Of a stretch of DNA of 64,000 nt, positions 41,492 to 51,485 are shown one piece after another. The first letter of the stretch is position 1. Every line of letters begins with the position of its first letter. The position numbers and the translations under genes are program-made. Below the pieces are notes generated by a model. That model did not search any database and had not been told where the DNA came from. It saw only the letters and a program-made list of their open reading frames with translations. This stretch comes from Candidatus Bathyarchaeota archaeon (GTDB lineage: Archaea; Thermoproteota; Bathyarchaeia; Bathyarchaeales; Bathycorpusculaceae), in the NCBI GenBank assembly GCA_963828195.1, contig CAWHDT010000001.1:383357-447356 (forward strand), written 5' to 3'.

Positions 41492-41595
41492 GGGCGAGTA
41501 AAAAAGGCTTAAAAATACTTTTTCTCGATGCTCAGTACGGATAGAGCACCAGCCTCCTAAGTTGGGGGTCGAGGGTTCAAATCCCTCCCCGCCCG
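41492..41595 (+). tRNA. tRNA-Arg(CCT) with a 29-nt BHB intron between positions 9 and 10 (41501-41529)
   Basis: Removing 41501-41529 gives GGGCGAG TA GCTC AGTACGGATA GAGC A CCAGC CTCCTAA GTTGG GGGTC GAGGG TTCAAAT CCCTC CCCGCCC G. The junctions form a full bulge-helix-bulge. Confidence 0.8.
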
Positions 41596-41621
41596 CGTTG
41601 AAATTTCCCAACAAAAAATGG

Positions 41622-41649
41622 GGATTCGCTTAATTTATTAAACGAATCC
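41622..41649. repeat. 28-bp palindrome GGATTCGCTTAA-TTTA-TTAAACGAATCC (att/dif-like), left border of island
   Basis: 12-bp arms with one mismatch; the same arms flank the IS1182 at 57976-57987 and 59838-59849. Confidence 0.6.
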
Positions 41650-42239
41650 AAAATCAAGTTAAAACACTGAATCACAGGTCATCGAGGCCAAATTAACATC
41701 TGTTCCGTTGTCGAGCCTAAATCTAAAGCAATCGAACAAGAGCTCCATGCTTTAGCTAGTAAATTGGTGCTGGCAGCCCCTCACACATTATTATTTTCAA
41801 AGGCTTTGAACTCTTGTGGAGCTGGAACCATAGAGACCCAAACTGCTTCAGGTGTAAATCCAATAGTTTCGTTTAGCTCCAGTTCAAATTTTTGCTGCTT
41901 TATCGCTTAATTTCAAAAAGTCCATTAGTAATGTCCAACTAATAAGGCCTCAAAATGAAAAAGCAAGATTTTGAATGGAGAATTGCAGAGGCTATGCAGT
42001 AGTTTGCGGTTTTTGTTGCATTCTTAACTTAAACTGTGGTTGGAGCTGCCTTATAATTGAACATCTTTCAGGTAATTAGTTTTAAATAGAAATCTCAATC
42101 AAGGGTAAACCCCCCGGGAGGCACCTACCGTTAAAAAACTCACGCTCCTTATTCCAGAAAGTGCGGGTTTTTCCACTTCGCTACTTCGGCCAACGCGAAG
42201 GGAAATTAGGAAGTTAGTTGAAAACCAATACAAAGAGAT

Positions 42240-43748
42240 GTGACTTTGGAGGAAAAACCAGTAAGTAAATCGTTTCTGGCATTGCCGCCACCCTTGAACG
42301 CTGTTTGCCCTTCGCTTCCTTGCCCGAGCCTTAAAGGATATTACGTTTGGGCAGAGAAACTCTTCGAGTCACATCGTTGGGAAGAAGCCTTGGTTGCTTA
42401 TAGTGAATGCTTAAGACTGGATCCCTCAAGCGAAAACGCAATGTACAAACGAGGTTTAACTAAGGGGCATCTCAAAAACGTGGAAAGCTCTCTTAGCAAC
42501 TTAAGCTCCGTTCTGCTGCATCGCATTCTTAAAGAGGCTCATTTCTATAAACAAAACATTTTGGAAGCAAGAAGTCAAGAACCAAAAGAGACAGCATTGC
42601 TTCAAGCTATCCCTGAGAGCTCCGAGTTCTTTGAGGCCATATCCGACTTTCAAGAACTTGGAAAAACTCTCCAGAGAGCCTTTGATAATTTGATAACAGA
42701 GCAAGAATATGAACAACTTAACAAAGATTTTTCATCAATTGACACAGCGATTACTACAATGATTTGCTCAGACAAGTCTCAGGAAACCAAGCTTGTAGAA
42801 AAAAGTGGAATCAGCGAAGGAGTAATCAAGCTTTCTGATGTCCAGGGGCTTGAAAAGGTAAAAGAAAAGTTGCGCAATAATGTGGTACTTTCTATCAAGA
42901 GACCTGACTTGTTTGCAAAATACAAGAAGAAGCGTAGTTTCGCAATTCTTCTTTATGGTCCACCTGGCTGCGGAAAAACATTGTTGGTTAGGGCTTTGGC
43001 TGGCGAAACGGGTTCCAAACTTGTTTCTGCCAAACTTCACGAACTGATGGACTGTTGGGTTGGAGAGACTGAGAAAAACGTGCATAGGCTTTTTGCCGAT
43101 GCCAGGGAAATGATAAAGAAGGAGCATACTTCAACTATTATTTTTCTTGATGAAGTTGACGCTATTGGAGTTAACAGGCGTTTGGTAACTCGTGAAAGCC
43201 ACGGTTCTCATCGGGATGCGCTCAATCAGCTGCTTATGGAGATTGACGGTGTAGAAAAGAACCCTGAGGGGCTATTCATTATAGCTGCTTCAAATAGACC
43301 ATGGGGAATTGATCCTGCACTAAAGCGCAGCGGCAGAATAGGCGAATGTATTTACATTCCCGCACCGTCATGTGCGGCTAGAGAGGATTTGTTTCATTAT
43401 TATGTTGGAAGCTGTGTAGCAGAGAATCTGGATTTTGACATGTTAGCTAGAGATACGGAAGGATGTTCTGCCGCAGACATAGAAGCCATAGTTGAAGAAG
43501 CTAAGATGCAGCCAATCCTTAGAGAGCACCAGACTGGGACCGAAAGCTCACTTTGTATGAGCGATTTTAAGGCAGTACTAACTGATCCTGTTCTCGGCAA
43601 AGGCACATTGAAGGACTGGTATATTTCGGCTGCGAAAGAGTTATCTCATGAAAACATGGATTCTGAACGTTACAAACCTTTAATTGATGACATAAAAAAG
43701 GTTACTCAACGGAGCGGTAATGGTTCAATTATAACTCCTTCAATTTGA
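42240..43748 (+). CDS. TPR-containing AAA+ ATPase (Vps4/CDC48-like single AAA module)
   Basis: TPR-like 'WEEALVAYSECLRLDPSSENAMYKRG'; GPPGCGKT; IIFLDEVD; ASNRPW.IDPALKRSGR. Confidence 0.88.
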   Translation: MTLEEKPVSKSFLALPPPLNAVCPSLPCPSLKGYYVWAEKLFESHRWEEALVAYSECLRLDPSSENAMYKRGLTKGHLKNVESSLSNLSSVLLHRILKEAHFYKQNILEARSQEPKETALLQAIPESSEFFEAISDFQELGKTLQRAFDNLITEQEYEQLNKDFSSIDTAITTMICSDKSQETKLVEKSGISEGVIKLSDVQGLEKVKEKLRNNVVLSIKRPDLFAKYKKKRSFAILLYGPPGCGKTLLVRALAGETGSKLVSAKLHELMDCWVGETEKNVHRLFADAREMIKKEHTSTIIFLDEVDAIGVNRRLVTRESHGSHRDALNQLLMEIDGVEKNPEGLFIIAASNRPWGIDPALKRSGRIGECIYIPAPSCAAREDLFHYYVGSCVAENLDFDMLARDTEGCSAADIEAIVEEAKMQPILREHQTGTESSLCMSDFKAVLTDPVLGKGTLKDWYISAAKELSHENMDSERYKPLIDDIKKVTQRSGNGSIITPSI

Positions 43749-43848
43749 TTTCGTCGATGTGATTTTAGAATCGAATTTCTCAAAACTGTGCGGAAATCGT
43801 CCGTTTATTTTTTATAGGGTTTCAGTTTAACATTGATCGGTAACTCTG

Positions 43849-44715
43849 ATGCAGGATGAGAACATGCAGTCCAAGAAGTGGAAAGTGACTAAGCGAACTC
43901 TAGTTTTTGGCTCCAAATATGTTAAGGTATTTGAAGATCGAGTCGCTTTGCCAGATGGAAAAGTTATAGAAGATTATACACTTGTTAAGAAGCCTGATGC
44001 AATCATAGTAGTTGCCACGGATGTTTGCAGCAAGCTTGTGACGCTTAAGGAGTACAAGCATGGAATCGGCGACTTCCAAGTTGCCTTGCCTTCAGGATAC
44101 AAAAATCCTAAAGAGCCAATTGTCGCTGCCGCAAGAAGGGAGCTTCTGGAGGAGACAGGATTCGGCGAAGGCGCGTTTCGTGGTGTCGGGGTTTTATACG
44201 ATGATCCAGCTAAGGACCTGCGCAAAACCTACGTCGTTAGAGCCATAAACGTTTATCCGCTCAGAGAACAGCAGCTTGAGGAAACCGAAACAATAAGTGA
44301 AGTCAAGCTTTTGTCAATAAGCGAGTTAAGAGACCAAATTGAAAAGAAGCAGTGGCAGGCTGCAACCTCTATTTCGGCGCTCGTTATTTCTGGGTATTTG
44401 TTTGAGAATCTTCCGGTAAACCGTGAGGAGGAAAGAATGATGGTTTTGACATCCACTTTGCTGTCTGCCAGAGAAGTTTACAAAACCGCAAAGAAGTGGG
44501 TTGACCAAAATGTGCCACAGGTTAGCGCTTTAGTTAGGCCTGGTGCGCCTGAGTTAGATAAGCATGTGGACCTTTGGCGGGTTCCCCTGCTAATTAAGGA
44601 CCGTAATGGAAAAGACTTAGACATTGGACGACTAAGCGTAAATTATGAGAACAAAGTGGTTGACCATGAGGAAATCTCACGTATACTTTTTCTCGTTGAA
44701 CATTATAGACATTAA
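43849..44715 (+). CDS. NUDIX hydrolase (ADP-ribose pyrophosphatase-like) with an extra ~93-aa C-terminal domain
   Basis: Nudix box 'PSG.....E....AARRELLEETG'; V.LPDG; EYKHG; internal SD+ATG at 44437. Confidence 0.85.
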   Translation: MQDENMQSKKWKVTKRTLVFGSKYVKVFEDRVALPDGKVIEDYTLVKKPDAIIVVATDVCSKLVTLKEYKHGIGDFQVALPSGYKNPKEPIVAAARRELLEETGFGEGAFRGVGVLYDDPAKDLRKTYVVRAINVYPLREQQLEETETISEVKLLSISELRDQIEKKQWQAATSISALVISGYLFENLPVNREEERMMVLTSTLLSAREVYKTAKKWVDQNVPQVSALVRPGAPELDKHVDLWRVPLLIKDRNGKDLDIGRLSVNYENKVVDHEEISRILFLVEHYRH

Positions 44716-45429
44716 GCTCTAAATGATACGGGGAACTCTTTAACAATTCCGTGGTCATTGCATATTTGAATTAAGCCTTTATTTGGTTCTATCAACGTGT
44801 AATGTCGTTCCTGTTGGCTACTATCTATCCTTAGCACAGTCGTTCTGCCAATTTTAGAAAGAGTGTAAGCGCCTTGGAGATGACCACTCAATGCTAGATC
44901 AGGATGCACCATTTCAACAACATGCGTTGCCGTTTGCAGGCCAACAGTCAATGTGACTTTACCTTCATACTCTGGCAGCATTGGGCTCTCATGTGTACAC
45001 AGCACGTTTACCCCCGACACACTTTGCGTTAATTCCAAAAAAATCAGCGGAGGACCTGCGTGGAACACCCTCCTTGATTTTAGGAGGATCAGAAATTACT
45101 CCATTGATGAAGCCAAACTTCAAACCGCCAATAGTCTGAACTTGACCATCTTGCTGTATTATGCTCGATTTATCGGGGTTTCTCAGAGATTCTAGCAATT
45201 CAAGGTTTTCATGATTACCATAAATAGCATATACTTTGATGCATTGAAGTAATACTTGCCAATCTTCTGGCTTCCATGCATGACCCCAGTCCCCCAGGCC
45301 GATCAAGACGTCAGGTTTTTCTTTAGCGATTATTTTCTTTAGCCATTGAAATGCCCTTGATTCATCGACGCCTTTATGAAGTTCGTCCTCAAAATGGAGA
45401 TCACTAATTACTAAAATCAGGCTAACCAT
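44712..45429 (-). pseudogene. Calcineurin-like metallophosphoesterase split by a frameshift in a 7-T run (~45040)
   Basis: ISDLH, GLGDW and YGNHE lie in 44989..45429; THESP and SGHL lie in 44712..45068. Removing one T restores the frame. Confidence 0.8.
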
Positions 45430-45598
45430 GTGATTTCTTTAACATAATTCAAATATATAATTTTGTCAAGGAAGCATTCTAAATTGTTCCTGATCCGACT
45501 ACTGACTAAAACTGGACACTCTTCTGAAAGGCCATGATACTTACTGAATTCAGTTCTACTCATGACTTCTTATGAATACAAAAGTGCGAGAATCTTCT

Positions 45599-46303
45599 CT
45601 ATGCTCCTGGCTCATGACTCTTCAAAGTGAATCCAACAATACCCATAACATAATCAACCATCCAAGGAGACCATATGAAAAAATGGACACTAAGCCTCTC
45701 TAATGTGTCAAGGTTCAAAAGGAGTCTACTTGATACTCCTTTAGTTGGATCATATCGCGTGTTAATCGAAACGATGTCTTTGTTCTCGGACGGTACGAAA
45801 CGAATTCGTTGAGTATCTCCCAAAAGGAATAATCCAATTGAATCATACACCTCACAAATCATAACACCTCCAGGTCTTAGAACTCGGAACGATTCTCGCG
45901 CGATTGCTTCAAAATCCTTAAGGATAAAATGACCAAATGAATCACCTAGATAGACAACCGCATCGAAAGTTTCGTTCCGAGCGCTAATTTCCTTGGCATC
46001 TCCAATTATCAACGCCGGTCTATGAGTTGTCCCTCCATTGGAGTTAACATTCTCAACCATTTTCCTTTGAACGTCAATACCTATGATATTATACCCTGCT
46101 TTCTCAAGGCCAAACAGATAGGCACCTGTGCCACAAGAAAGATCCAAGACCTTTGAATACTTGTCAGGTAAATGTCTAAGTATTGTAGGAAGACCTTGTT
46201 CGATTCTCGCCTTGGCAAAGTCTGAAAGCGGAAGATAGTGGGACCAATACAACCGATAGAATTCTGCAACCCATTCTGGAAATGACTCCTTAAAACCTTT
46301 CAT
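45599..46303 (-). CDS. Class I SAM-dependent methyltransferase
   Basis: VLDLSCGTG, GDA, FDAVVYLGDSFGH, LRPGG. Confidence 0.88.
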   Translation of the reverse strand: MKGFKESFPEWVAEFYRLYWSHYLPLSDFAKARIEQGLPTILRHLPDKYSKVLDLSCGTGAYLFGLEKAGYNIIGIDVQRKMVENVNSNGGTTHRPALIIGDAKEISARNETFDAVVYLGDSFGHFILKDFEAIARESFRVLRPGGVMICEVYDSIGLFLLGDTQRIRFVPSENKDIVSINTRYDPTKGVSSRLLLNLDTLERLSVHFFIWSPWMVDYVMGIVGFTLKSHEPGA

Positions 46304-46683
46304 GCTTTCCCATAATTTAACAGTTGAGCAAAATCGTAATTAAAAAGGCTCATGATTGGGCAAAAGGCGCGCTGACAAATTCGCAATTTGAGTTCACAAA
46401 TAATTGCGATGCAAGCAATTAATATAAAAGGAAGTTTAATTGAGCTGAAGGCAGGTTAATAACCGCAAAGATGCCGTCAGATTGTATCTAAGAGGGCACT
46501 TCATATTTTTCTAAAGTTCAAGATGTACGTGACCTCAGTTATGCAATGAGATTTGGAATTAGAAATTCCATTGGCTTTTACTTTGTAAAGAACATTGAAG
46601 AATAAGAGATTACTGTTAAGTAACACGAACAAACTTTATTATACATTATTCAATCAAGGCAGCTAACATTGAATCGGTGACTT

Positions 46684-47475
46684 GTGGTGAATTATCACGA
46701 AAAAAGAAAAAACGGTCACATCTTAAGTGCCCCAATTAATGACTTTTACAGACTACAAAAACCCCAAACGAGTGATTTAAAAGCCGTCATATTTGATCTT
46801 TTTGATACTCTGCTACTAATTGGGGAAGAAAATGAAGATTATGCACGAAGTCTACGGAAATTTCACGATTTCCTTTATAGCCAGAAGTTTAACTGTTCTC
46901 AAGCGAGGCTTAACCGAGTCTTTTTTGACGTTGTTGACAAAATTAACAGAGAGACAAGTTCTTCGTTGGAAGAACCGCATTTCAGAGTATACGTTTCAAG
47001 AATCGCATGGGAACTAGGTTATGTCTTGCCGGAAACTGATCCCTTGATTTCGGAAGCCGTACGCGTTTTCTACATGGAATTCAAGCATCATTTGAAAATA
47101 GACAAAAGTGCTTTTGAAGTTTTAGAAAGCTTGCAGAAAAAGTATAAACTGGGCTTAATTTCTAATCTTACCTTTTCCGAATGTGCATGGGAACTGTTGG
47201 ACGAATACAATCTGAAAAATTTCTTCGAAACTATTTTGGTTAGTGGAGACATAAACGTGAGAAAACCAAGTCCAGAAATATTTAAAAAAGCTCTCAGTAG
47301 TTTAGGCGTTACCCCTTCTCAAGCTATCTTTGTAGGCGATAATTTGGAAAATGACATCCGAGGATCTGTGAGCATTGGAATGAGATCGATACACATCAGA
47401 AGAGGAATCGAACTTTCGAGTGTCAAACCAGATTTTACAATTAATCAACTCAAAGAACTAATATCACTGCTCTAA
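46684..47475 (+). CDS. HAD-superfamily hydrolase
   Basis: FDLFDTL, LISN, RKPSPEIF, FVGDNLENDI.G. Confidence 0.92.
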   Translation: MVNYHEKRKNGHILSAPINDFYRLQKPQTSDLKAVIFDLFDTLLLIGEENEDYARSLRKFHDFLYSQKFNCSQARLNRVFFDVVDKINRETSSSLEEPHFRVYVSRIAWELGYVLPETDPLISEAVRVFYMEFKHHLKIDKSAFEVLESLQKKYKLGLISNLTFSECAWELLDEYNLKNFFETILVSGDINVRKPSPEIFKKALSSLGVTPSQAIFVGDNLENDIRGSVSIGMRSIHIRRGIELSSVKPDFTINQLKELISLL

Positions 47476-47599
47476 GATCAGAGCAATATGATAAATCGAA
47501 ATGAAATCAAGGTTGTTTTTTAAACCTTTTAGATGTTGTCCAAGTGCCCAATGATGAATTCAGATGTAAACCCTCATCATTTTAAAATGAAAAATGATA

Positions 47600-49207
47600 C
47601 TAATCCGGCGGTAACTCCTTAAAAGATAAAGAGATATCAATCCCGTCTTTCCATTTGTGATACGCTCTCGAAATAAAATAGAGCCCCCCTGATCCAACGA
47701 AGAATGAAAACAATATGACAAGCGGCAACGGGTTATTTGTTCCTCCTAAGATGGGGTTCAAACCTACATCAAAAGCTAAGAAAACAAAGAAAACAAAGGA
47801 AATTGCTCCTACTATGGTAACAACGGGAATCGCCCCAATTTTATAACGAGCAATTGGCGACCTACTGTACAATTGTTTTCGGGCGAAAGGAAAAATAGCC
47901 CCCGCTAACGCCGAGATTGCAAGACCAATTGTCCCCATTAAAGTTGCATTAAGAAGCGCAAAAACTATTCCATAGTAGGTGCTGCCAACTAAACCCACAA
48001 ACAGTAGCACTGACATCACAATAATTGCATTAACGGGCGTGTGCGTCTTATCATTAACTTGTGACAATTTGGATGGAAGAATTCTATCGAAAGACATCCC
48101 CATAGCTACTCTGCTCCACCCGAGTAAAAGAGGCGGGATGAGAATTAAAGCCCAAGCGATCAGTCCGATGTTAATAAGTAAAGCTATTAAGACATTATTT
48201 GCCAACAAACTAGCTAGCAAGAAAGGATTTACAATAACTGGAATAGTATAGAGCGACGGGTGAGCATACGCAAGGTAGCTTAAAGAATTCAGCCAATTGC
48301 GACCCACTGCGCTTGAAAAAACTAACATCAAAGAAGCAAAGATACCGGTATTCAATATGTTATTGCCAATGGTGGATATCAACATTGATTTTCGTACTTT
48401 CCTCAATTCCCCGGAAAAATAGCCGGACCATTGATACCCAGAATTCAGGTACCAAGCATAAGCAACAGCCCCCAAAGTTGCTCCAGTAGACGGTACCCAA
48501 GCGAACCCATTGGACTTTGCTAAAACAGTTACGCTTTGGTAGGTTGTGTAGTGGCCAAAAAATTTATCGAAAGTACTTGCAAATTGAGAAATACTCGTTA
48601 ACGAAAGAATTGAAATTGTAGCAAAAATTCCTGCCATACCTATTATCCAATAAACAAGTTGTTGCTTCAAATAAAACCTAGTACCGATGATTACAATAAC
48701 TGCCGAGTAAATCAACAAAATAGTTCCAACAATTATAATCCAAAAAGGATCAGTGAAGAAACTCTTAGACCAACTAATTAAGCCTGCGTTATTAGTTATC
48801 AAGCCAAAGCTAAAAAAAGCTGAAAATACTCCATAAGAAATTGTAAAGTTAATGAAAGCCCCATTAGAAACTGCAGAAAAAATCAAAAATGCCCCATTGA
48901 CTGAAGATGCAACAGCTGGGTGCAATAGTCTACTTACCCATACATAATCGCCTCCTGACTTGGGCATACTCCAGGCAAGTAATGAATATAGTAGAGAGTG
49001 AATTAATATGAAGGGAAGAATCAGAAAAAAAACGAGCGGTATATTCGCCCCGGGCCACACGTATGGTAGAAAGGCTGCGGCTGCTGCAATTGAAAGACCA
49101 GTATTCGTTAAAGCCATAGTTGTGACTAAAGCCTGAAATGCTGAGATTTCTCTAACTAAACCAGTTGCACGACGGACAAAGATGTTATCAGATACCATAT
49201 ACACCAC
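47600..49207 (-). CDS. APC-family amino acid/polyamine permease
   Basis: 'FVRRATGLVRE', MPKSGGDYVWVSR, SFDRILP; ~12 TM. Confidence 0.9.
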   Translation of the reverse strand: MVYMVSDNIFVRRATGLVREISAFQALVTTMALTNTGLSIAAAAAFLPYVWPGANIPLVFFLILPFILIHSLLYSLLAWSMPKSGGDYVWVSRLLHPAVASSVNGAFLIFSAVSNGAFINFTISYGVFSAFFSFGLITNNAGLISWSKSFFTDPFWIIIVGTILLIYSAVIVIIGTRFYLKQQLVYWIIGMAGIFATISILSLTSISQFASTFDKFFGHYTTYQSVTVLAKSNGFAWVPSTGATLGAVAYAWYLNSGYQWSGYFSGELRKVRKSMLISTIGNNILNTGIFASLMLVFSSAVGRNWLNSLSYLAYAHPSLYTIPVIVNPFLLASLLANNVLIALLINIGLIAWALILIPPLLLGWSRVAMGMSFDRILPSKLSQVNDKTHTPVNAIIVMSVLLFVGLVGSTYYGIVFALLNATLMGTIGLAISALAGAIFPFARKQLYSRSPIARYKIGAIPVVTIVGAISFVFFVFLAFDVGLNPILGGTNNPLPLVILFSFFVGSGGLYFISRAYHKWKDGIDISLSFKELPPD

Positions 49208-49302
49208 TTTCAGGTTTAAGTCGTGCGTTCTATTTTCGTCATTTCTTATATATAAAACATGAGTAGATCTAATTGTTTAAGAAATAAAGGGTAAAGCGTA
49301 TT

Positions 49303-50511
49303 ATGAATATAAACAAAAAAGCATTTGATATGATGAAACAGTTTGGTTACAAAAGTGGCTTTCGAATAAAACTCGACGAACAGTCAATCAGGTTTTTCGA
49401 CGATAATCCCAACCACATCTACATTTTTGAGTTTTTAAACGCAGGCGTGAGTTTTCTTGGTTTTCTATGTGATAGAATCGATGGTGGTTCAGCAAACGAC
49501 CAAATAATTCGTTTTATCAAAAGAGTAAACAAATATTATAGAAGAACATTTTATGAAGCTGGAATACACGAGGGGCTTTTGTTCGTTAAAATATGCTTAC
49601 GTTACCCTTCAATTGACCGATTAGACAAAAATTGGACTAAGTACGTATTCTTTGAAACTACCGACAATTTATTTTACCTGAGTTACTTTCTGAAAAAAGT
49701 CATTACCGGCAAACTATCGCCTGAAAGTTTAGCAGAAAGATTTCAAACAAACTACAATCGAAGAATCGCCGCTTTGTTTAATGGAGCAAACGATTGCTTA
49801 GCAACGCACGATATTCTGGATAATTTTTGGGACAAAGTAGACTTTAGAGTTAGTAAAGCACCCTGTAAGGGGGCGAGATGTGCTGATTTTCTTCAATCTC
49901 GATACTTGTCACTCGAGCTCAACTCGCAAATAAAATTAATGAATTGCATTGACCAACTGATACAAAACGAAAGTCATATGTTAAACAGCAAGAACATAGT
50001 GTATCATCACACCGAAACGGGAAACATCAACAGTATATTCAAAAACGGTATTCTGATAGAAAAGGCATATTCGCGAGACTTAATCTATCAAGAAAAGCTC
50101 AATAAATATAACAGGTTAATTGATGATGAACTGCCTAGTGATCTTCCCCGTCGAGAGAAGGCAATTTTCTTTACGCCTTTTCTTTCAAAAGTCCCCAGCG
50201 TCGTCGTTGATCTTGGAGTAATTTCATCGGGAACCAAATTTGCGGCAGCAAATCAAACTATAGGTGATATAGTGTTTGGATTCATTGACAGGTCGGCTGA
50301 AGATGAAAAGACAGGTCGAAAGATGGCTATTGAAGCTGCCGAAAGCGCTCACGAATATCGTCCAGGGTTTGCCAAACCTGGTGAAGAAATTGAAATATGG
50401 ACAGACAACGATATCTCACCCTCCGCCATTATTTGTGCAATAAAGGATTGGAAAGAAAATATAATAAGCAACCCTTATTCACATTTGCGAAAGCAAGGCA
50501 ACGATAATTAA
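49303..50511 (+). CDS. Hypothetical protein with C-terminal ADP-ribosyltransferase-like domain
   Basis: 'IVYHHTETGNINSIFKNGI', 'AIFFTP' and 'EIEIWTDNDISPSAI' match the H-x-T / strand-2 / terminal-E layout of ART-fold proteins. Confidence 0.5.
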   Translation: MNINKKAFDMMKQFGYKSGFRIKLDEQSIRFFDDNPNHIYIFEFLNAGVSFLGFLCDRIDGGSANDQIIRFIKRVNKYYRRTFYEAGIHEGLLFVKICLRYPSIDRLDKNWTKYVFFETTDNLFYLSYFLKKVITGKLSPESLAERFQTNYNRRIAALFNGANDCLATHDILDNFWDKVDFRVSKAPCKGARCADFLQSRYLSLELNSQIKLMNCIDQLIQNESHMLNSKNIVYHHTETGNINSIFKNGILIEKAYSRDLIYQEKLNKYNRLIDDELPSDLPRREKAIFFTPFLSKVPSVVVDLGVISSGTKFAAANQTIGDIVFGFIDRSAEDEKTGRKMAIEAAESAHEYRPGFAKPGEEIEIWTDNDISPSAIICAIKDWKENIISNPYSHLRKQGNDN

Positions 50512-50519
50512 GTAACCGA

Positions 50520-51485
50520 GTGACCACTAAAATGGGGCGAACTAGAATTTACTTCAGTACTGATATACACGGATCTACTCGTTGTTTCAAAAAATTTCTA
50601 GCAACACCCCGATTTTATAGCGCAAATGTTCTGATTTTAGGCGGAGATATTACTGGCAAGGCTCTTGTCCCCATTATTGAACAGCCACACGGAGGCTTTC
50701 GTTGCACTTATGATAGCCAAAAATTCCAATTGAAGAATTTGCAAGAGGTTAATAATCTAAAGGAAATTGTTGCTGATTCGGGATACTATACTTGTGTGTT
50801 GAGTGAAAAAGAATTTGAAGAATTGGATGGCAATTCAACAAAAACCGATGAGCTTTTCAATCGGGCTGTTGCAGAAAGAGTCAGAGAATGGATCTTCCTT
50901 GCCGACGAAAAGCTTCACAATACTGAAGTTAAATGTTTTATTTCGCCAGGGAATGACGACGACTTACGGATAGACTCAATTCTTAGCTCTTCAAAATATG
51001 TAGTGAACCCCGCAGAATCAGTGGTCAAGATAGACAATGAAAATGAGATGATATCATTGAGTCATTCAACTCCTACTCCCTGGGAAAGCCCCAGAGAAGC
51101 TGAGGAGAACGTATTGAGAGAAAAAATCGAGCGAATGACCAGTTGTGTCAAAAACATCAGGTCTACAATATTTAATTTTCATGTTCCACCTATCAATACT
51201 CTCTTAGATCAGACACCCAAAATAGATACATCCTTCAAGATCGTAATGCGATCAGGAAGCATTCAGATGATCTCTGCAGGTAGCTCCGCATGCAGAGATG
51301 CAATAGAGCAATTTCAGCCAATGTTAGGTCTTCATGGTCATATTCACGAATCGCGTGGAATAATAAACATAGGAAGGACGATGTGTGTAAACCCCGGTAG
51401 TGAATACAGTGAGGGGATTTTACGTGGTTTCATTGCCGATTTGGAAGGCGATAAGGTAAAGTCTTATCTTTTAACTTCTGGTTAA
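50520..51485 (+). CDS. Icc-like metallophosphoesterase
   Basis: TDIHGS, GGDITGK, PGNDD, HVPP, LHGHIHESRG, NPGSEY. Confidence 0.9.
   Translation: MTTKMGRTRIYFSTDIHGSTRCFKKFLATPRFYSANVLILGGDITGKALVPIIEQPHGGFRCTYDSQKFQLKNLQEVNNLKEIVADSGYYTCVLSEKEFEELDGNSTKTDELFNRAVAERVREWIFLADEKLHNTEVKCFISPGNDDDLRIDSILSSSKYVVNPAESVVKIDNENEMISLSHSTPTPWESPREAEENVLREKIERMTSCVKNIRSTIFNFHVPPINTLLDQTPKIDTSFKIVMRSGSIQMISAGSSACRDAIEQFQPMLGLHGHIHESRGIINIGRTMCVNPGSEYSEGILRGFIADLEGDKVKSYLLTSG

Noticed and set aside
42134-42200. Two hairpins upstream of the AAA ATPase
   Set aside because: Short and imperfect; no recognisable riboswitch or IS-end signature.
45560-45601. In-frame TAG followed by 12 plausible codons at the end of the methyltransferase (possible pyrrolysine readthrough)
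   Set aside because: No pyl genes in the window; a nonsense mutation or the natural end is simpler.
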